64,000 bases of DNA from Verrucomicrobiota bacterium (GCA_049510745.1 JBEKYR010000027.1:1-64000); one strand, 5' to 3'. Shown: positions 20,138-30,381, counted from the first letter of the stretch. Notes: generated from the sequence alone by a model not told the origin. Numbers and translations are program-made.

Positions 20138-21328
20138 CTAATTCATCTGCACCTCATTCCAATTGGGACTGCCCTCCGAAATGAATCGTCTGACCGTTTG
20201 AATACCGAGATCAAACCCCTTATCAAGAAGCTCACGAACTGAACGCACGGTATATTTCGTAGGCAGCTTTCCTTTGTGAACCGCAACGGACCTTAGTGTG
20301 TAAAGCTCGCCGACAAGATCGAAAATTCTCTGCCGGTCTGCCTCCCCGCGACCGAGAAAGCGGGCTGATCTAATCTTCATCCGGAAGGTCAGTTCGCCCC
20401 GGTCGTCACCCGAGTCATTTAAATAGAGAGTTTCGAGCGCGATGCCCAGATCTATTGCGGCATCAACCACACCTTTTTCCGCCATCTGGTTTAGGCGCTC
20501 CATCGCAAGCCTGATATGGGCTTGGGTATTTTGATCACGCTTATGAAACGATGCGAATAGTTTTTTAGCCTCAGCCAAGGCGGCAGGCAGGAGTTTCTGG
20601 GGCCAGCACTGATCAATGCGTCGGCTTGGCTCATAGGGGCTGAAAGTCGGTACCCACTTGGGAATTCCGATCCATGATGCAAGTATTTGCCAGCGCCACG
20701 GCATAGCCAGGCCAATACATATGAGCGCATCATGGAGCACGAAATCAGGAGTGTGCTCTTTTTGGCTCGAGGTGTCGCTTTCTGCGTTGATGTGACGCTT
20801 GATTGTTTTGAAACTTCGATAAAGAGCGCTGGGCTTCCCAGAGATCATATGAATGATCTGTGTCCGAGAAATGCTGACCAGTTGTTTTTCGGGCGATTCC
20901 GGCAGATGCTCCCAAGGGAGAAGAGATATCCCTTCTCCTAAATCCGCTGGCTGGTCGAGGTCTAGTCCGTAGAAGGCCAAGACTTGATCGCATTGAAACT
21001 CCTTGGCCTTCAAATACGTTGCGAGATCTTCCAAAGTCTGGTCAATTTTGATTTCCAACGAGCGGTTGATAAGCCAGCTTGCCAAATTCGTATAGTTGAA
21101 GAGGCGTTTCACACCGGCGATTACCAGCGCTTTGTTGTTAAAGATCTCCAACTCGGGTTCTTTTCGTAGAGCCTCAATTAGAGCAACCATCGATGGTTCC
21201 GCATTGGCTGGATGGCTTTGCGCGCGGTCTGGACCTGACAACAGCATCGTGTACTTGGCAGTGGAGTCCAAGGCACCGTACACTTTCACGGTATTGTCCA
21301 ACGCGGTGCGAAGACGCTCAGTGTTCAT
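20138..21328 (-). CDS. ApeA-like HEPN domain protein
   Basis: C-terminal IDLGIALETLY...ELTFRMKIRSARFLG...LYTLRSVAVHKG (RxxxxH); low GC. Confidence 0.75.
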   Translation of the reverse strand: MNTERLRTALDNTVKVYGALDSTAKYTMLLSGPDRAQSHPANAEPSMVALIEALRKEPELEIFNNKALVIAGVKRLFNYTNLASWLINRSLEIKIDQTLEDLATYLKAKEFQCDQVLAFYGLDLDQPADLGEGISLLPWEHLPESPEKQLVSISRTQIIHMISGKPSALYRSFKTIKRHINAESDTSSQKEHTPDFVLHDALICIGLAMPWRWQILASWIGIPKWVPTFSPYEPSRRIDQCWPQKLLPAALAEAKKLFASFHKRDQNTQAHIRLAMERLNQMAEKGVVDAAIDLGIALETLYLNDSGDDRGELTFRMKIRSARFLGRGEADRQRIFDLVGELYTLRSVAVHKGKLPTKYTVRSVRELLDKGFDLGIQTVRRFISEGSPNWNEVQMN

Positions 21329-21330
21329 GG

Positions 21331-21534
21331 TTAGGTTTCGCGTGACCTCTCTGCTGTCAGGATGGATTCAAAAATGGCTTTTGAGAGGATTGGATATGCG
21401 GCGTTTTGGAATTCAGCGTCGTCCAGATAGCGGGTCACGATTTTGTCGCTCTCGCCCATGCGTTGGACCATGAGTTCTTCCACCAGCTTGCGGATGGCAA
21501 GTTGAAATTTGTCGAGTGGGTTCTCGTTTTGCTT
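21331..21534 (-). pseudogene. hsdR: 3' remnant of a type I restriction enzyme R subunit
   Basis: Hand translation ENPLDKFQLAIRKLVEELMVQRMGESDKIVTRYLDDAEFQNAAYPILSKAIFESILTAERSRET* resembles HsdR C-termini; in-frame stop at 21535-21537 and no start upstream of the homologous block. Confidence 0.65.
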
Positions 21535-21905
21535 TTACCCATTTGAACATGGCGGAAGGGTAAACACTCGGGATTGGCTTGTCAATATTGCCCTTGCGGC
21601 GCATCGTAGGACGCCTGCACTGTGCGTTCGCGGAGTCAACATGGTTTCCGCTGGACAGAAAAGATCCATTGTTCGTGGATTTAATTTTGGTATAGGCGAT
21701 GCCTCCTTGCCACCCCTTCCGCAACCATCCCGCCGCCAAAGTCGGCCCAAGCGTCGGCCACGAATCAGAGCGGGAAATCAGCAGATCGCGGGCCAAATGG
21801 AAGTGCCCTGCGAATTGACCGGCACGGATCGTGCGCTGGGGAAGGTGGAAAGCGGAAATCAGAAATGGAAACCATCTCGACAATCAGCCGCCAAGGAGTA
21901 GTTTG

Positions 21906-22148
21906 ATGCGCATGAAAGTGCTTTCAGAATTGGCAAAAGATGCGTTGGAATTGCCGCCCGTTCAACGTCTGACGCTGGCCCGCATTCTTCTGGAATTGAC
22001 GGAAGAAGATGGGGACTTTTCCCCTCAGGTCGAGGCCGCGTGGGATGAAGAGATTTGCCGGCGCATGAAGGCTGTGCGGGCGGGCACGGCGCGTTCCAGA
22101 AGCTTTGATCAGGTTTTTGCCGACTTGGACCGCCGCTTTCCAGCATGA
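21906..22148 (+). CDS. Addiction-module antitoxin (TIGR02574-type)
   Basis: ALELPPVQRLTLARILL...VEAAWDEEICRR; overlaps the toxin start (ATGA). Confidence 0.85.
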   Translation: MRMKVLSELAKDALELPPVQRLTLARILLELTEEDGDFSPQVEAAWDEEICRRMKAVRAGTARSRSFDQVFADLDRRFPA

Positions 22149-22447
22149 AGCTCGAAATTCTCGAGGAGGCGGAAATTGAACTCAACGAGGCCGTTGCATA
22201 CTATCAGGAAATTGAATCCGGCCTTGGCATTCGACTGAAAGAAGAGGTTCGTGGCGCCATTCAATGGATCAGAAACAACCCCGAATTGCCACGACTCCGG
22301 CCCAAGGGCTACCGCCGGGTGAACTTGAAGGTTTTTTCGTATTACGTCGCCTATGACATTTGGGCTGACACCATTTGGATTCTGGCCATTGCTCATGCGC
22401 GGAGACGCCCCGATTACTGGATTGAAAGAAGGAAAAGCATCGGCTGA
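22145..22447 (+). CDS. RelE/ParE-family toxin
   Basis: EAEIELNEAVAYY...YRRVNLKVFSYYVAY...ILAIAHARRRPDYW. Confidence 0.9.
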   Translation: MKLEILEEAEIELNEAVAYYQEIESGLGIRLKEEVRGAIQWIRNNPELPRLRPKGYRRVNLKVFSYYVAYDIWADTIWILAIAHARRRPDYWIERRKSIG

Positions 22448-22737
22448 GCGCCATTCTCTGACCTCCGATCTCTATTCAGGTTGTTGACGGCCTCCCTGCG
22501 CTGGATTTTCACTGATTTTACAGGGCTTCCAAGTGCTTTTCCAATAGCTCTTAAAGTCAAAACCGCTTGCGCCGGACAGAGTTCCATGTTATTGGGTCGA
22601 GCAATTGAATGGATCGGAAATAGTGCTGGTGTTTTTCCGGCATCCGGCGGGCCGTTCGAGCGCATCGCATGTGCCCCGACACAGTTTGCCCGGAAGGCAC
22701 CGGCGAATCGAAACACGGCAGACGCGGACCATTTAGA

Positions 22738-23811
22738 ATGAAAATCAAAGTTTCCCTGGTTCTGCTGGCGGTGGGGGCGGCGGCTTTTTCGCCAGCGGCG
22801 GATTTTCCGGCTCCGGCGGAGGGCGATTACGCCATCCGTGATTTTCGTTTTAACTGCGGCCAAACTCTGCCTGAATTGCGATTGCATTATCGCACGCTCG
22901 GTTTGGCGCGACGCGACGAGCACGGCATCGTTCGCAACGCGGTTTTGATTCTTCACGGCACCACCGGAAGCGGGGCGCAGTTTCTCCGGCCTGAATTCGC
23001 CGGCGAACTTTTTGGCAAAGGCCAGCCCCTCGACGTGTCGCGATATTATCTCATCATCCCCGACAACGTCGGCCACGGAAAATCCAGCAAACCGAACGAC
23101 GGGCTGCGGGCAAAGTTTCCGGAGTACGGCTACCGCGACATGATCGAGGCGCAGTACCGGCTTCTGACAGACGGATTGAGTGTGAATCATCTCCGCCTGG
23201 TCATGGGCACGTCCATGGGCGGGATGCATACCTGGCTGTGGGGAGAGATTCATCCCGACTTCATGGACGCGCTCGTGCCGCTGGCGAGTTTGCCGGCGCA
23301 AATATCGGGCCGCAACCGCGTCTGGCGCCGCCTCATCATGGACGCGATTCGCGGCGGGGCGGACTGGCAGGAGGGCAATTACCAAGCCCAGCCCCACGGC
23401 CTGCGCCTGGCGGCGGAAATGCTTTATTTCATGGGCGAAAATCCGGCCCTGCGCGCGCGGGAGGCGCCGACGTTGCAGCGGGCGGACAGCGCGCTTGACG
23501 CCTACGTAGCGAGGTTTTGCACGAACTACGACGCGAACGACGTGCTTTACGCGCTCCAGGCTTCGAGCGATTACGATCCCGGTCCCGGTTTGGAAAAAAT
23601 CAGAGCGCCGCTGCTGGCGATCAATTCCGCGGACGATCTCATTAATCCGCCAGACCAGGGGATCCTCGAGCGGGAGATACAGCGGGTCAAGCAGGGCCGG
23701 GCCATCGTGATTCCAGAAAGCGACCAAACGGCCGGCCACGGCAGCCACACCAAAGCCGCGCTGTGGGAAAAGGATTTCGTGAAGTTTTTGAAAGAAACCG
23801 GGCCGCAATGA
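22738..23811 (+). CDS. Secreted alpha/beta hydrolase, homoserine O-acetyltransferase-like
   Basis: Signal peptide; LHYRTLG, LHGTTG, GTSMGG nucleophile elbow, NSADDLINPP, GHGSH. Confidence 0.85.
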   Translation: MKIKVSLVLLAVGAAAFSPAADFPAPAEGDYAIRDFRFNCGQTLPELRLHYRTLGLARRDEHGIVRNAVLILHGTTGSGAQFLRPEFAGELFGKGQPLDVSRYYLIIPDNVGHGKSSKPNDGLRAKFPEYGYRDMIEAQYRLLTDGLSVNHLRLVMGTSMGGMHTWLWGEIHPDFMDALVPLASLPAQISGRNRVWRRLIMDAIRGGADWQEGNYQAQPHGLRLAAEMLYFMGENPALRAREAPTLQRADSALDAYVARFCTNYDANDVLYALQASSDYDPGPGLEKIRAPLLAINSADDLINPPDQGILEREIQRVKQGRAIVIPESDQTAGHGSHTKAALWEKDFVKFLKETGPQ

Positions 23812-23842
23812 CGGAAAAGAAGACGAAAGGAGAAGCACCACC

Positions 23843-25615
23843 ATGAACCATGCAAATTGGATTGTCCCTCTCGGAGCGCTGATTATTTTGACAGTGGCTC
23901 CGCCGCCCGCTGCGGCCCAGGGAGCGGAGGACGCGAAATTAAGTTCCTTTTTCAGAAACTATCTCGACGAGCGTTTCCGCCAGGAACCGTTCGAGGCGAC
24001 GCAGTTGGGGGATCATCGCTTTGACAATTTGTTGGAGGACATTTCGCCGGCGGCGCGCGAGGGCTGGCTGGCGTTGGCGCGGAAAACGCTCAAGGAACTG
24101 CCCAGGCAAGTGGACTACAAAGGGCTGACCCGCGACGGACAGATTGATTTCGAGATATTTGAACACGAGTTGCGGGCGCAAATCTGGCTGGCGGAAAACA
24201 CGCATCCGTTCGAGGAAGACCCGCGCACTTACGGCAGCTACCTCAACGACAGCGTTTATCTGCTGCTCACCCAATCCACGCTGCCAAAGGAAACCAACAT
24301 CTCCAACTGCCTGGCCCGCATGGGGGAGATGGGGCGCATCATCGCGGCGGCAAAGACGACCCTGACCCATCCGCCCAAAGCGATCCTTGAAACGGCCATC
24401 CGCCAGAACCGCGGCGCGATTTCTTTTTACGAAAAGGATATTTTTGAACTGGCCGGGGAAACACCGCAACTGGACCGCCTCAAGTCCGCCGCCGCCGGCG
24501 TCGCCGGGCAGTTGCGGGAGTACCAAAAATTCCTCGAAGGCGATTTGATGTCGCGCGCCACCGGGCAGTGGCGGTTGGGGGAAAGGAAATTCAAACGCAA
24601 GCTGGAACTGGAACTGGATTGCGGCCAGAGCGCCGACCAGGTGCTGGCCGATGCCGAGGAGGAGTTCGGGCGCGTGCGCGGCGACATGTATGTCGTGGCG
24701 CGCCAGCTTTGGCCGGCATATTTTCCAGGGACAGTGTTGCCGGCGGACGATGCCGAAGGCCGGCGCGAGACGATCACCAAAGTGATTGACGCGGTGGACC
24801 AGGAGCACGGCCAGCCGGAGAATTTGGTCGCGGACGCGCGGGCGACGGTGGAAAAGATCAAGGCGTTCATCCGCCAGCGCCATTACCTTCGCCTGCCCGA
24901 GCCGGATCATTGCCAGGTGATCGAGATGCCGGAGTTTCGACGCGGCAATTCGCTGGCGTACCTGGACAACGCCCCGCCGCTCGATCCGAAGGCGTCAAGT
25001 TATTACGCGGTCAGTCCGCCGCCGTCGGACTGGACGGCGGAGCAGGTGAAAAGTTTTCTGGAGGAATACAACAGCCACATGCTGCAAATCCTGACGATTC
25101 ACGAGGGGTATCCCGGACATTACGTCCAACTCGAACGCGCCAACGGCGATGCTTCGTTGATCCGGCGGGTGTATCAATCCGGGCCGTTTGTGGAAGGCTG
25201 GGCGGTCTATGGGGAAGTGACGATGCTCAACGAAGGCTACGGCGGCGGCGATCTGCGCTTGCGCCTGATGCAGCAGAAATTCTACTTGCGGGCCGTGGCC
25301 AACGCGATCCTCGACCACAAAATGCACTGCACGCAGATGACGGATGAGCAAGCGATGAAGTTTCTGACCGAAGACGCCTTTCAATCGCAGGGCGAAGCGA
25401 AACTCAAACTCATCCGCGCCAAACAAAGCTCGACGCAATTGAGCACCTACTTCGTTGGGCGCATGGCGCATTACCGGCTCCATCAGCAAATCGAGCGCGA
25501 ACTGGGCGGCCGCTTCGATCTGGCCCGTTATCACGAGGCCGTGCTTTCGCATGGGTCCGTCCCTGTCAAGTACCTGCCCGAACTGGTCCATGCGGATTTG
25601 AACCTTTCGAGGTGA
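23843..25615 (+). CDS. DUF885 family exported protein (metallopeptidase-like)
   Basis: Signal peptide; ATQLGDHRFD, HEGYPGH, FVEGWAVY, YFVG. Confidence 0.9.
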   Translation: MNHANWIVPLGALIILTVAPPPAAAQGAEDAKLSSFFRNYLDERFRQEPFEATQLGDHRFDNLLEDISPAAREGWLALARKTLKELPRQVDYKGLTRDGQIDFEIFEHELRAQIWLAENTHPFEEDPRTYGSYLNDSVYLLLTQSTLPKETNISNCLARMGEMGRIIAAAKTTLTHPPKAILETAIRQNRGAISFYEKDIFELAGETPQLDRLKSAAAGVAGQLREYQKFLEGDLMSRATGQWRLGERKFKRKLELELDCGQSADQVLADAEEEFGRVRGDMYVVARQLWPAYFPGTVLPADDAEGRRETITKVIDAVDQEHGQPENLVADARATVEKIKAFIRQRHYLRLPEPDHCQVIEMPEFRRGNSLAYLDNAPPLDPKASSYYAVSPPPSDWTAEQVKSFLEEYNSHMLQILTIHEGYPGHYVQLERANGDASLIRRVYQSGPFVEGWAVYGEVTMLNEGYGGGDLRLRLMQQKFYLRAVANAILDHKMHCTQMTDEQAMKFLTEDAFQSQGEAKLKLIRAKQSSTQLSTYFVGRMAHYRLHQQIERELGGRFDLARYHEAVLSHGSVPVKYLPELVHADLNLSR

Positions 25616-25619
25616 GGCC

Positions 25620-27245
25620 GTGAACCGGCGAAGTTTTCTTAAAATGATGGCGCTCGGAAGCGCGCCGTTCCTGATGGGAGTTCCGGCCGGCGGGGCCGCG
25701 CCTTTCTCCAGGGCGCTCTTGTCCAGATCGGGGTCCTTCGGTCTGGAAGAGGCCACGATCGGCGACCTGCAAGCGGCCATGAATTCCGGCGCGCAAACCT
25801 CCGCTTCGCTCGTCCAATGGTACCTGAGGCGGATTAATAAACTGGATGCGCATGGGCCAACGCTGCGCGCCGTGATTGAGGTCAATCCCGAGGCGCCGAC
25901 CATTGCGCGGGCGCTCGACCGCGAGCGAAAAGCCAACGGACCGCGCGGGCCGCTGCATGGGATTCCGGTGCTCATCAAGGACAACATTGACACGGGCGAC
26001 CGAATGATGACGACGGCCGGCTCGCTGGCGCTGCTCGGCTCGATTGCCCCGCGGGATTCGTTCCTGGCGCAAAAACTTCGCGCGGCCGGCGCGGTCATTT
26101 TGGGAAAAACAAATTTGAGCGAGTGGGCGAATTTTCGCGGCGATCATTCCACCAGCGGCTGGAGCGGGCGCGGAGGGCTGACGAAAAATCCTTACGCGCT
26201 GGATCGCAATCCTTCCGGTTCCAGTTCCGGCTCGGCTGTGGCCGTGTCGGCCCATCTTTGCGCCGCGGCGGTGGGCACCGAAACGGACGGCTCTCTTATT
26301 TCACCGTCCGCGGTTTGCGGGATTGTCACGATCAAACCGACTGTGGGGCTGATCAGCCGGTCGGGAATCATTCCCATCTCGCACACGCAGGACACGGCCG
26401 GGCCGATGACGCGGACGGTGACGGACGCGGCGCTCTTGCTGGGGGCGCTGACAGGCGTTGACCCGCGGGACGACGCAACGGAAGCGAGCCGCGACAAAGC
26501 GCCGCCGGATTACACAAAATTTCTTGATCCAAACGGGATGAAGGGGGCGCGGATCGGCGTGGCGCGAAGGTATTTTCGTTCCGCCGGAATTTCGAGCAAA
26601 TTGCTGGAAGCCGCCCTGGAGGAGATGAAGCGGCTCGGCGCGACACTCATTGATCTGGACGACGATCGGGCGCTGGGAAGATTTGGAGACGCCGAGGGCA
26701 CGGTGTTGAGTTATGAGTTCAAGGCCGGCATCCATGCGTATCTCGCCTCGCTTGGCCCGAAGGCGCCGGCGCGCACGCTGCAGGACCTGATCGAGTTCAA
26801 TGAGCGAAACCGCGACAAAGAGTTGCGCTACTTCGGCCAGGAGGAGTTTTTGCGCGCGCAGGAAAGGGGACCCTTGACCGACAAGGCTTATCTCGAGGCA
26901 TTGGAACGATGCCGCCGACTCTCGCGCGCTGAAGGGATTGACGCGGTGATGGACCACCATCAACTCGAGGCCATCGTCGCACCATCGGGCGGGCCTGCGG
27001 GCATGACGGATTTGGTGTATGGCGATCGTGACGTCGGTGGCAGTTCTTCTCCGGCGGCGGTGGCGGGCTATCCCAACATCACCGTGCCCGCCGGCGATAT
27101 TTCAGGTTTGCCCGTTGGCATCTCCTTTTTCGGCCGGGCCTACAGCGAGCCTGTCTTGCTCAAGATTGCGTTTGCGTTCGAGCAGGCAACGAAACACCGC
27201 AAAGCGCCGAAGTTTCTGCCCAGCGTCGATTTAAGTCCCGGATGA
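25620..27245 (+). CDS. Amidase-signature family amidase with Tat signal
   Basis: NRRSFLK; GPLHGIPVLIKDN, GKTNLSEWANFR, GSSSGSA, GTETDGS. Confidence 0.92.
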   Translation: MNRRSFLKMMALGSAPFLMGVPAGGAAPFSRALLSRSGSFGLEEATIGDLQAAMNSGAQTSASLVQWYLRRINKLDAHGPTLRAVIEVNPEAPTIARALDRERKANGPRGPLHGIPVLIKDNIDTGDRMMTTAGSLALLGSIAPRDSFLAQKLRAAGAVILGKTNLSEWANFRGDHSTSGWSGRGGLTKNPYALDRNPSGSSSGSAVAVSAHLCAAAVGTETDGSLISPSAVCGIVTIKPTVGLISRSGIIPISHTQDTAGPMTRTVTDAALLLGALTGVDPRDDATEASRDKAPPDYTKFLDPNGMKGARIGVARRYFRSAGISSKLLEAALEEMKRLGATLIDLDDDRALGRFGDAEGTVLSYEFKAGIHAYLASLGPKAPARTLQDLIEFNERNRDKELRYFGQEEFLRAQERGPLTDKAYLEALERCRRLSRAEGIDAVMDHHQLEAIVAPSGGPAGMTDLVYGDRDVGGSSSPAAVAGYPNITVPAGDISGLPVGISFFGRAYSEPVLLKIAFAFEQATKHRKAPKFLPSVDLSPG

Positions 27246-27424
27246 GAAGCCAGGATCAATGAAATCGTCGCGCGCCTGAAAGCGTTCCGCAGCGCACGGA
27301 GGGGCGGACAAGCCGCTTCGGATAGCTGAACCCATATTCTCTTGAATCCGTCCGTCCGTTTTGGTTTAGTAAAAAGCAGCCCGAAGCCGAATTTGTTGTT
27401 TCTGAAAATCGCCGCCGCCGAAAT

Positions 27425-28672
27425 ATGTCGCCAATCCCAAAAGTCCTCCTGCTGGTCGAGTCCTCGCGCGGCTCGGGCCGTTCCTTGCTGCGGGGCATCG
27501 CCCATTACGCCCATCATCATGGGCCTTGGTCTTTCTATTGGGAGCCGGGCGGATTGGAAAAGGTCTGGCCAAAACTCAAGTCCCTGGACCCGGACGGCAT
27601 CATCATGCGGGACGTGGACAAATTGGACGAAGTGCTCGCCTTCGGCATCCCGGCGGTGGTGGTGGGGCACGGGCGGACGGAAGTGGCGGGGTTGGTCAAC
27701 GTCGTTACTGATTCGGACGCGATCGGGCAGATGGCGGCCGAACATTTGCTGGCGTGCGGCTTCAAACATTTCGCCTACTGCGGGTCGGGGCATTCAGGCG
27801 AGGCCGAGGCGTCCTGGTCAGAAATGCGCCGCCGCACTTTCTCGGCCCGCATCGAGCAAGCCGGCTTTACCACGGCCAGTTTTTCCCTGGCGACTCCGTT
27901 CGACGGCTCATCGTGGCGGCGGGAGCGGGCGGCGATGGCCCGCTGGCTGCAAACCCTGCCCAAGCCCGTCGGGCTGATGGCGTGCAACGACGACCACGCC
28001 CGCCAAGTCGTCGAGGCCTGCAAAGTCGGGGACGTTTCTGTCCCCGGCGCCGCCGGCATAATCGGGGTGGACAATGACGAGGTCGTTTGCGGATTGTCCG
28101 ACCCGCCCCTTTCGAGCATCGCGCTGACGTTCGACCGGTCGGGCTACGAGGCGGCCGCCGCCCTGGATTGCCTGATGCGCGGCACCGGGACAGTTCCGGG
28201 AAGGATTATGGTCCGTGCCACTCACGTGGTTGTGCGCCGCTCAACCGACGTCGTCGCGGTCGAGGATGCGAGCCTGGCCAAGGCCCTGCGCTTCATCCGC
28301 GCCAATTCCCGGCGGGGAGATTTGAGTGTCGGGACGGTCGCCCGTCAAGCCGGGGTGTCCCGCCGCCTGTTGGAGAAGCGATTCCGCCGGGAGCTGGGTT
28401 GCTCGGTGCTGCACGAAATCCGGCGCGTGCGGACCGACAAGATCGCCCAACTGCTGGTGGAAACCCAACTGTCGGTGCGGGAAATCGCCGACGCAATGGG
28501 GTTCGGCGACGTGCAGCATTTCGCCCGTTATTTCCGTTCAGTCCGGAACGTCAGTCCGCTGGCCTACCGGCGATCGCTGGGGGGACATCAAGCGCCGGAG
28601 GCGCGTGCGCAAATTGGCGATTCTTTTACGCAAATTGGCGTTGATGGACTCATGCCTGAATGGTACCAGTAA
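27425..28672 (+). CDS. XylR-type regulator (periplasmic-binding fold plus AraC HTH)
   Basis: GRSLLRGIAHY, LPKPVGLMACND, IGVDND, PPLSSI, RRSTD, C-terminal AraC GFGDVQHFARYF...SPLAYR. Confidence 0.92.
   Translation: MSPIPKVLLLVESSRGSGRSLLRGIAHYAHHHGPWSFYWEPGGLEKVWPKLKSLDPDGIIMRDVDKLDEVLAFGIPAVVVGHGRTEVAGLVNVVTDSDAIGQMAAEHLLACGFKHFAYCGSGHSGEAEASWSEMRRRTFSARIEQAGFTTASFSLATPFDGSSWRRERAAMARWLQTLPKPVGLMACNDDHARQVVEACKVGDVSVPGAAGIIGVDNDEVVCGLSDPPLSSIALTFDRSGYEAAAALDCLMRGTGTVPGRIMVRATHVVVRRSTDVVAVEDASLAKALRFIRANSRRGDLSVGTVARQAGVSRRLLEKRFRRELGCSVLHEIRRVRTDKIAQLLVETQLSVREIADAMGFGDVQHFARYFRSVRNVSPLAYRRSLGGHQAPEARAQIGDSFTQIGVDGLMPEWYQ
28608..28670 (+). promoter_or_regulatory. AraC/XylR-type direct-repeat operator abutting a promoter for the prepilin gene
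   Basis: CGCAAATTGGCG at 28608-28619 and 28629-28640 (21-bp period), immediately followed by TTGATG and a weak -10 region 17 nt later. Confidence 0.6.
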
Positions 28673-28675
28673 GGC

Positions 28676-29572
28676 ATGAACCATAGCTTATCCGAGAGGA
28701 GGGTGGCGGCACAAGTGCCGCACGCCGAGGGATGTTCGCCGAGAACAGCGCCGGCGTTTACATTAATTGAATTACTCGTTGTCATTGCGATCATTGCCAT
28801 TCTGGCCGCCATTTTGCTGCCAGCCTTGGCCAAGTCGAAGATCCAAGCCATTCACATCTTGTGCGCCAACAACGAAAAACAGCAGGTTGTGGCCTTGACG
28901 ATGTACGCGGGGGAGAACAAGGATAAACTTCCCGATGGATCGGGCGGCAACTGGTGTTGGGATATGGACGCCGCTCTGGCGAACCAGTTGATCGCCAATG
29001 GAACGACGCCACTGACTTGGTATGACCCGGGAACAGAACCCATATTTGGCCCGGTTGATTGGTTTGGGACCAAGCCCTATGGCACTGTGCCCGGCGGCGG
29101 GCCTTCCCTGTGGTGTTATCAGAATGCTCCTTATCCCGATCCAGGCGCAAAGCCCGGCGACGGTTTCCGGGTTCAAGGATACGCCCAGACCTTTGTCGGC
29201 ACGGCGGCGTATGGAGGTTCATTCGCGACGAACACCAACGCAAAACTGGGAGCGACCACGACTCCAGGTTATTTTGGGTTTGCAAACGGCGTCCCATTAG
29301 GCCCGATTGGCAAGCGCCCCCTCACGGCCTGCGCCAACCTCACTGATAGCGGCCAAAGTGACGTTTATGCCACGATGCTCACCTACGTTTGGCAAAACGT
29401 TGACGGCGGTTATACCTATAACGGCAAGCCAAAGGGCCATGTCAGCGGACACTTGGAGAACAGGCCCGTTCCCCAAGGAGAAAATGTTGGGACGTTGGAC
29501 GGCCATGTGGAGTGGCGCACCTTCAAACAGATGCTTTGCCGCACCTCCTCCGGCCCGTATTTCTATTATTGA
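28676..29572 (+). CDS. Prepilin-type N-terminal cleavage/methylation protein (H-Xn-DG family)
   Basis: [37 protein letters not shown]-terminal H...[13 protein letters not shown]. Confidence 0.9.
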   Translation: MNHSLSERRVAAQVPHAEGCSPRTAPAFTLIELLVVIAIIAILAAILLPALAKSKIQAIHILCANNEKQQVVALTMYAGENKDKLPDGSGGNWCWDMDAALANQLIANGTTPLTWYDPGTEPIFGPVDWFGTKPYGTVPGGGPSLWCYQNAPYPDPGAKPGDGFRVQGYAQTFVGTAAYGGSFATNTNAKLGATTTPGYFGFANGVPLGPIGKRPLTACANLTDSGQSDVYATMLTYVWQNVDGGYTYNGKPKGHVSGHLENRPVPQGENVGTLDGHVEWRTFKQMLCRTSSGPYFYY

Positions 29573-29892
29573 GGCGTCCGGAGAATCTGGTTTCTCCTCT
29601 GGCATCATCATACGCCGGCTCATCATGAGCCGCGCCAAGCCGCCAGTTGCATTGCGGCCTGACGGACGGCCACGCCGAACGCCGAAGGGCACTTTCAAAC
29701 AGATGGTTATCCGAAGCGGCGGCAGGCCTGATTTCTTTGGGTGAACGGGATCATTGACGAGCAAAAAAGGGGATGGTATTGCCAAAATCGGGGAGGTCAC
29801 GTGGAGACTGCCGCCATAGGATTCGCTGAGTCTGCCGGGTTGTGCTCGCGCAGGTCTGGAGTGAATCGGGCGGACGGTAAATCGTTCAGACG

Positions 29893-30381
29893 ATGAGCAA
29901 ACTGCGAGATGTGCTTCAGTTGCGGGTCCGCTACAGCGAAACGGACCAGATGGGGACGTTCTACAACTCGCGCGCCCTGGAGTGGTTCGAGTGCGGCCGG
30001 ACAGAGCTCATGCGGCGAAGGCTGGGAATGTCTTACGCCGCGCTGGAGGGCAAAGGGGTGTTCCTGCCGCTGGTGGAAGCGCATCTAAATTTTCAAGGGG
30101 GCGCGCGCTACGACGACTTGCTGGACATCGCCTCGGTCATCGAAATGTCGGGGCGGGCGCGGCTGCGGTTCGAGGTTCAAATCACTCAGAACACGACGGG
30201 CAAACCCGTGGTGCGCGGCTACACCGTCCATGCGTTCGCAGACCCCGATGGCAAACCGATTCGCCCGCCGGGGTGGTTCATCGAAGCAATGCAAAAAAGG
30301 TCCGCCCTACCAGAGGCGGCCAACGAAGAGGCGATTGCGGAAGGCGGCCGCGCCGCGGGCGCGCCGGAAGATGTGTTATGA
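29893..30381 (+). CDS. Acyl-CoA thioesterase (YbgC/4HBT family)
   Basis: RVRYSETDQMG...WFECGRTE, ARYDD. Confidence 0.88.
   Translation: MSKLRDVLQLRVRYSETDQMGTFYNSRALEWFECGRTELMRRRLGMSYAALEGKGVFLPLVEAHLNFQGGARYDDLLDIASVIEMSGRARLRFEVQITQNTTGKPVVRGYTVHAFADPDGKPIRPPGWFIEAMQKRSALPEAANEEAIAEGGRAAGAPEDVL

Noticed and set aside
21840..21885. Opposite Tn7-like end (TGGAAACC...ACA)
   Set aside because: Only one partial match within a low-complexity GGAAA stretch, different spacing to the terminus and no AAAAT target duplication.
29982..30377. Extended PaaK N-terminus
   Set aside because: Overlaps the thioesterase in another frame; the ATG at 30378 overlaps the thioesterase stop.
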